Shown in pieces: positions 27,401 through 30,798 of a stretch of 30,798 nucleotides of DNA. Within the stretch, counting starts at the first letter, position 1. Each line of letters begins with the position of its first letter. The stretch covers positions 1-30,798 of the forward strand of contig JAQTNB010000001.1 in the NCBI GenBank assembly GCA_028714055.1, read 5' to 3'. The notes beneath the pieces were generated by a model. It did not search any database, was not told the origin of the DNA, and saw only the letters and a program-made list of their open reading frames with translations. Both the position numbers and the translations under genes were made by a program. The stretch is from Candidatus Omnitrophota bacterium (GTDB lineage Bacteria > Omnitrophota > Gorgyraeia > Gygaellales > Profunditerraquicolaceae).

Positions 27401-28928
27401 CCGTGAAGGGATAATCGAAGATATCGTAATTGCGGCCATCGGGCCCGAGCCACTCCCAATGGTGAGGCGCGTTTGTTTTCATTGCCTTATAACTCTCGCA
27501 GTTCTCGCACGCGCCGCTGCGATTAAACAGATATTCGTAACAACGCCTTCCGTGCGACTCGCCGAAGCGCTCGCGGAAGAACCGGTTGGCAAAAGGCATG
27601 CGGTAATCCTTATCCAGCAAAACCACATACACCGGCAGCGCCTCCAGGACGCTGAAAAACCGCTGGCGTTCGGTTGCAAGTTCTGCGGTACGCGCCCTGA
27701 CCCGCCCCTCCAATGCGGCCTGCGATTCCTTCAGGCCCTCTTCAAGGCGCTTACGTGCTCCGATTTCTCTGTCCAGCTCATCGCGAGATGCGGTGATCGC
27801 CTTCAAATCGCTGGTCATTTTATCAAACGCCCTTGAAAGCTGGCCGATCTCATCGTCGAGGTCAAGCGCGACTTTATAGTCTAAATTTCCGCTCCCTACT
27901 ATCTCTGCGCCCCTGGCGAGTTTTTTGACGGGTCCGGAAATCGAGCGGGCAATGTAAAACGCCATGATGCCGGACAAAACAGAACCGATGACCAGGATGA
28001 ACATGGCGAGTAGCTTTAAATTTTCAACATCCGCTAAGGCCTCTCTGCTGTCTATCTTGGCCACTACTCCCCAGTCCAGGGAAGGCAAGTGCTTCCAGGC
28101 TGCCACAACCCTCCTGCCGCGGTAATCAACCATCTCTCCGGCGCCTGTCAAACCTTGCACGGCTTTTTGTATAGGCCCGCCGAATTCTTGCTCCAGGAAA
28201 ACTTTTCTCTTAAGCGCGGCATCAGGGTCGTGCCTGAGCGGATTCAAAAATACCGCCTCATTACCTATCCGTTTTCCCAGGAGCGTCTCTCCGGTCTCTC
28301 CCATGCCGGCTGTATCCCGGATAAGCTTGTAGACAGGCTCCAAATCCACTTTGAGCACGATGAGCCCGATAAAGGTGCCGTCAAAATCAAAAACCGGGGC
28401 AGCCACCAGCATCCCCGGCCTATTGCCTTCTGTTTTGTTCAAAAAGATATCCGATATATAGACCTTGTCTTTCCCCTCTTCGAAAGCCCTTTGGCCGGCA
28501 TCGGGGAGAGACTGTAAAAAGTCTGCCGGGTAATGCCCGGGGTTGCTTGAGTATATCGTCTTTCCCCGGGGGTTTACCACCATCACATCGAGCAAAGCAA
28601 ATGCCGCCTGCATCTGCTGCGCCGGCCCATCGACCATAGCTTTAGCTTCAAGGAAAGCGGCGCTATCCGGCTCTGAAGAAAAACGGTCAAGCGCGGGCAG
28701 GTTCTTCTTGATCACGTATAGACTCCGGGCGAGCTCTATCGCCGAACGCAACCCCGCAAAATAAGTTTCGATCTTGTCCGCCTTAAATGCGACGATCTTC
28801 TGTAACTCCGACAGGTGCGCCGCTTCAAGGGAATTCCGGTAATTATGAAAGGTGATGGCCCCTATAAAGAAAGACGGGATGACCGCCACAACGATGAATA
28901 AAATGGTGAGCTTCAGCCTCAGAGACAT
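24393..28928 (-). CDS. Multi-sensor histidine kinase (TM-Cache-TM-HAMP-4 PAS-GAF-PAS-HisKA-HATPase), 1511 aa
   Basis: Two TM helices around a Cache-like domain; HAMP (DEIGQLSRAFDKM); repeated PAS/PAC units ending DI(S/T)xxK/DVTRRK; HELRNP, NILNNA, DNGMG, FFTTK and GTGLGL. Confidence 0.93.
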   Translation of the reverse strand: MSLRLKLTILFIVVAVIPSFFIGAITFHNYRNSLEAAHLSELQKIVAFKADKIETYFAGLRSAIELARSLYVIKKNLPALDRFSSEPDSAAFLEAKAMVDGPAQQMQAAFALLDVMVVNPRGKTIYSSNPGHYPADFLQSLPDAGQRAFEEGKDKVYISDIFLNKTEGNRPGMLVAAPVFDFDGTFIGLIVLKVDLEPVYKLIRDTAGMGETGETLLGKRIGNEAVFLNPLRHDPDAALKRKVFLEQEFGGPIQKAVQGLTGAGEMVDYRGRRVVAAWKHLPSLDWGVVAKIDSREALADVENLKLLAMFILVIGSVLSGIMAFYIARSISGPVKKLARGAEIVGSGNLDYKVALDLDDEIGQLSRAFDKMTSDLKAITASRDELDREIGARKRLEEGLKESQAALEGRVRARTAELATERQRFFSVLEALPVYVVLLDKDYRMPFANRFFRERFGESHGRRCYEYLFNRSGACENCESYKAMKTNAPHHWEWLGPDGRNYDIFDYPFTDTDGSMLILEMGIDISERKKAEEALKKSYELLELRVQERTKALRESEEDLTRAQAVALTGSWRLDVHKNELLWSRETYRIFGIAPGTPLTYERFLEAVFPEDREHVDKKWKEAFAGGKYDIEHRIIADGMVKWVREKAELEFDDKGSLLSGFGTAQDITQIKSTEETLRQTKDYLEKIFNYANAPIICWDTEFRITRFNHAFEHLSGFKADEVLGKHLSILFPRDTRDESLARIEKTLSGEYWQTVEIPILRKDGRVRIALWNSANIYAEDGKTLVATIAQGQDITERKLIEQELRFTQFSVDRAAEAIFWIKPDAGVYYVNDQASRALGYSRQELLNMTVLDIDQNFSREAWQKHWEEVKKYGSFTLESVHRAKDGTTFPVEVTVNYLKMGEREYNCAFVRDISERKSSEEALRRAHAELEERVALRTGELRNLNEQLNQEIIERKEVEHHIYARNVLLKLLNKTASRAGYLESVVKLISGWSGCRCVGIRLKNSEGRIPYEAFRGFSREFWESESPLSLEKDQCICIRAFQGRFLPVESQALTAFGSFRSENTLDFAVSFPEEDKPKFRGRCIKEGFKSVAIIPVRYMDETIGAIHLADEREGKVSLKLITSLESLAPLVGEGIYRFNLSDAARKNAELLERVFSSTNLLIAYLDSGFNFIRVNQEYAALDGKAPDFFVGRNLFSLYPDEENQAIFTEVIRSGEPYVAFARPLGYKHDAGHKATYWDWSLQPVKDSDGNVSGIILLLVDVTRRKAAEEELLRTQAQLIESKRLSDIGTLAATVAHELRNPLAAIHMAAYNIKRKAQDPMFEKHLHTIEKKINESEQIISNLLFYSRIKAPRLEKTRISEIIDECTGLVEGRHPERKITLSRRLGALKQVVLEGDPLQLKEVFSNILNNAYEAIPAESGRIEIHAVRDKHSISVRVQDNGMGIDKEHLERIFDPFFTTKAKGTGLGLTVCKQILNLHGGTLGIESEKGKGTTVTVNLPLKKAGNEKKHTRS

Positions 28929-29012
28929 ACCAGCCCCGTGCTCAGTAAAATAAACAGTACTGCGGAAGACAAAGTCATTGCCGAATTCACGTTTTAGATG
29001 GAATAACTGAGG

Positions 29013-29765
29013 TCATTTTTTCCGGAGTCTTTTTGAGAAACGCTTTTTTTTCGTTTCTTTCGCTTTGTTGCGGTAGGAGGTAGGCGTACGGCCGCAGAGT
29101 TTCTTGAACTGTCGTATGAACGATTCGGCATTCTCATACCCTAATTTATCGGAGATCTGGTTTATGTTGTAGCCGCTCTTCTCCAGCAGCTCTTTGGCCT
29201 TACCTATCTTAAACGCCAGTTTGTAATCGTTAAACCCGGTCCTCAGGCACTCTTTAAACACCCTGCTCAGGTACTTGGGGCTCAGGCACACGGCATCCGC
29301 CGCTTCTTTGAGGGTTATCTTCTTGTAACAGTTCCTCTCGATAAAGCGCTTAACCATCTCCATCTTGCCCTTTAAATCGAGGCTTGCCATATCCCCTTCG
29401 CCTCGCCGCGCGCCCAGGAGCCTTTCGACGGCATCTTTGATTCTTTTGATATCTATCGGTTTTTCTATGTAATCGTCGGCGCGGCCTTTCAGCGCTTCTA
29501 TCGCGACGTCTTTAGAGCTGTGCCCGGTGAGGATGATGATGCCGAGCCCCGGGTCGGTCTTCTTGATTTCCGCCAAAACGTCAAGCCCGCTTATCCCCGG
29601 CATCATCACGTCCAGGATCATCAGGCCTATCTCATGCGCCCTTTTCAAAAGCTTAAGGGCCTCTTCGCCGCTTGATGCCTCGCATACCTCATACCCTTCA
29701 AGGAAATCCTTGAGCTCGCTGCGAAGATCTTCGTCATCATCCACGATCAATATCTTATCCGCCAT
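29013..29765 (-). CDS. Response regulator with REC + AraC-type HTH
   Basis: IVDDD, DVMMP, LTGH and EKP; AraC motifs LSPKYLSRVFK, AKELL and ISDKLGYENAESFIRQFKKLCGRTPTSYR. Confidence 0.93.
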   Translation of the reverse strand: MADKILIVDDDEDLRSELKDFLEGYEVCEASSGEEALKLLKRAHEIGLMILDVMMPGISGLDVLAEIKKTDPGLGIIILTGHSSKDVAIEALKGRADDYIEKPIDIKRIKDAVERLLGARRGEGDMASLDLKGKMEMVKRFIERNCYKKITLKEAADAVCLSPKYLSRVFKECLRTGFNDYKLAFKIGKAKELLEKSGYNINQISDKLGYENAESFIRQFKKLCGRTPTSYRNKAKETKKKRFSKRLRKK

Positions 29766-29787
29766 AGCCTCTGCCGTCCTTCCGTTG

Positions 29788-29818
29788 AAAATGAAAAGGC
29801 CGGTCTTTACGACCGGCC
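29788..29818 (-). terminator. Intrinsic terminator hairpin inside the leader of the REC-AraC gene
   Basis: GGCCGGTC-GTAAA-GACCGGCC followed by TTTTCATTTT; the stem ends 32 nt before the ATG. Confidence 0.72.
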
Positions 29819-29834
29819 AAAAAGGCTTACCCCC

Positions 29835-29897
29835 TTATTTTCCTGCTTTTGTATATCCTTCGAGGATATTTGGCTCCAAAAAGGGTGCTCGCTTCAT
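29835..29897 (-). other. Candidate leaderless 20-codon upstream ORF (MKRAPFLEPNILEGYTKAGK)
   Basis: ATG lies 6 nt after a consensus TATAAT; the frame is open to a TAA 16 nt before the terminator stem. Translation is not demonstrated. Confidence 0.35.
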
Positions 29898-29903
29898 GGA
29901 CCC

Positions 29904-29932
29904 ATTATACAACAAAGCGGGGTGCTTTCCAA
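29904..29932 (-). promoter_or_regulatory. Sigma70-type promoter upstream of the REC-AraC / kinase operon
   Basis: TTGGAA-N17-TATAAT. Confidence 0.72.
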
Positions 29933-29990
29933 CTGACAAAAATCCCCTTTTTTCTGACTTTTTTCTACCCAGAACGCTTATACGTACTGC

Positions 29991-30458
29991 CTATTTTCTC
30001 ATGCCCGGGAAATTCTCATTAAGGAATTGCTCTGCGTTGATCGCATTCTCCGGGACCATTTCGCCTGCGGGGATACATTGGATAGTCAAGGTTACGTTGG
30101 GTTCGACAAATTCAGTGGAAGGTAAGTAACCTGAATATTTAAGAGGAGGCGGCTCATGAGAGTCTTCTCTGTAGGTCCCTGAACTCAAGGCGCAGATTTT
30201 AGAATTATCCTCTTTTTTTACTACCACGAAATACGGGCAGCCTTTTGACAACGCTTCGACAGAGGCACGTTGAAGCGCATATTTTTCTACTTCGTTTTGG
30301 CTCATATATGCGTTTCCGCAAAAGGTCACCGTAATGATATTGGGGGAGATCTTATCTACGGCGATGCTCGTAGTTTTCCCGGAAAGTTTGTAGTGCGCGC
30401 AGCCGTTCAAAATCATCAACCCCGCTGACGCGGCTACCATGATCCCGATTAATCTCAT
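29991..30458 (-). CDS. Lipoprotein of unknown function (resembles the CC0125/CC1285 family)
   Basis: AAGGAGG RBS, lipobox LNGC, and segment VTFCGNAYMSQNEVEKYALQRASVEALSKGCPYFVVV. Family assignment is from memory. Confidence 0.7.
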   Translation of the reverse strand: MRLIGIMVAASAGLMILNGCAHYKLSGKTTSIAVDKISPNIITVTFCGNAYMSQNEVEKYALQRASVEALSKGCPYFVVVKKEDNSKICALSSGTYREDSHEPPPLKYSGYLPSTEFVEPNVTLTIQCIPAGEMVPENAINAEQFLNENFPGMRK

Positions 30459-30798
30459 GAATCCTCCTTTTTTACCAAAGACCGCTTATTCCGGCAGGCT
30501 GACCTGGGTCATTTGAACGTATTGTAGGCCGATTGCGGAAGCGCGTAAGAGCCTGTTTCTGCTATTTATTGACTTTTTTCTACTGTTGACCCGGTTGAGC
30601 GGACGAACATAAAGGCGCGCCAAGCTTCCGCCACCGCACTTTCTTATGGCTGGGGCGGATGTTCTGCGTTATAATCTCTATTCGGGCCGAACATATGACC
30701 GGGGCGGCTGTATGCGACAGCAAGAGTTAAGGCGCTTACACCATGGGCACTTCGGTATTACGGGCAAAAACCAATTCCGGTAAAACAATCGTTTTCCT

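Noticed and set aside
26090-27730. Three similar LExRVxxRTxxL segments in the giant kinase as a novel repeat
   Set aside because: These are ordinary signalling-helix linkers between sensor domains; the kinase at 4494-6008 has one too.
30736-30798. Partial CDS at the right edge
   Set aside because: Ambiguous: the minus strand gives an open 20-aa C-terminus (RKTIVLPELVFARNTEVPMV*) and the plus strand an ATG at 30743 open to the edge. It cannot be resolved without the next window.

Overview
This is a gene-dense chromosomal window of a diderm, probably anaerobic bacterium. TolC/RND/MacAB systems indicate two membranes, and superoxide reductase points to anaerobiosis. Gene style is reminiscent of Omnitrophota, which is an unverified impression. 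Left to right on the plus strand are an RND permease (5'-truncated) with its adaptor and a FIST / histidine kinase / REC-GGDEF signalling operon, with tRNA-Glu(CTC) and tRNA-Leu(GAG) on the minus strand either side of that operon. The rest is one long minus-strand run: a tightly coupled speD-speE-saccharopine-dehydrogenase-like-SET-cupin operon; a 98-bp IS200/IS605-type non-autonomous element inserted 1 nt after the era stop; truB-era; nikR plus a nikMNQO ECF nickel transporter with two NikR-like operators; a cyclophilin; an AbrB-tolC-macA-macB operon with a 4 x 9-bp operator; a DUF3568-like lipoprotein; and a REC-AraC / 1511-aa multi-PAS kinase / REC / flavin-binding protein / REC block followed by ferritin-like, superoxide reductase and DJ-1 genes. 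The best candidate for an undescribed system is the polyamine operon containing a SET methyltransferase. No CRISPR array, integrase or transposase was found. All calls are by-eye motif recognition; no searches were run.
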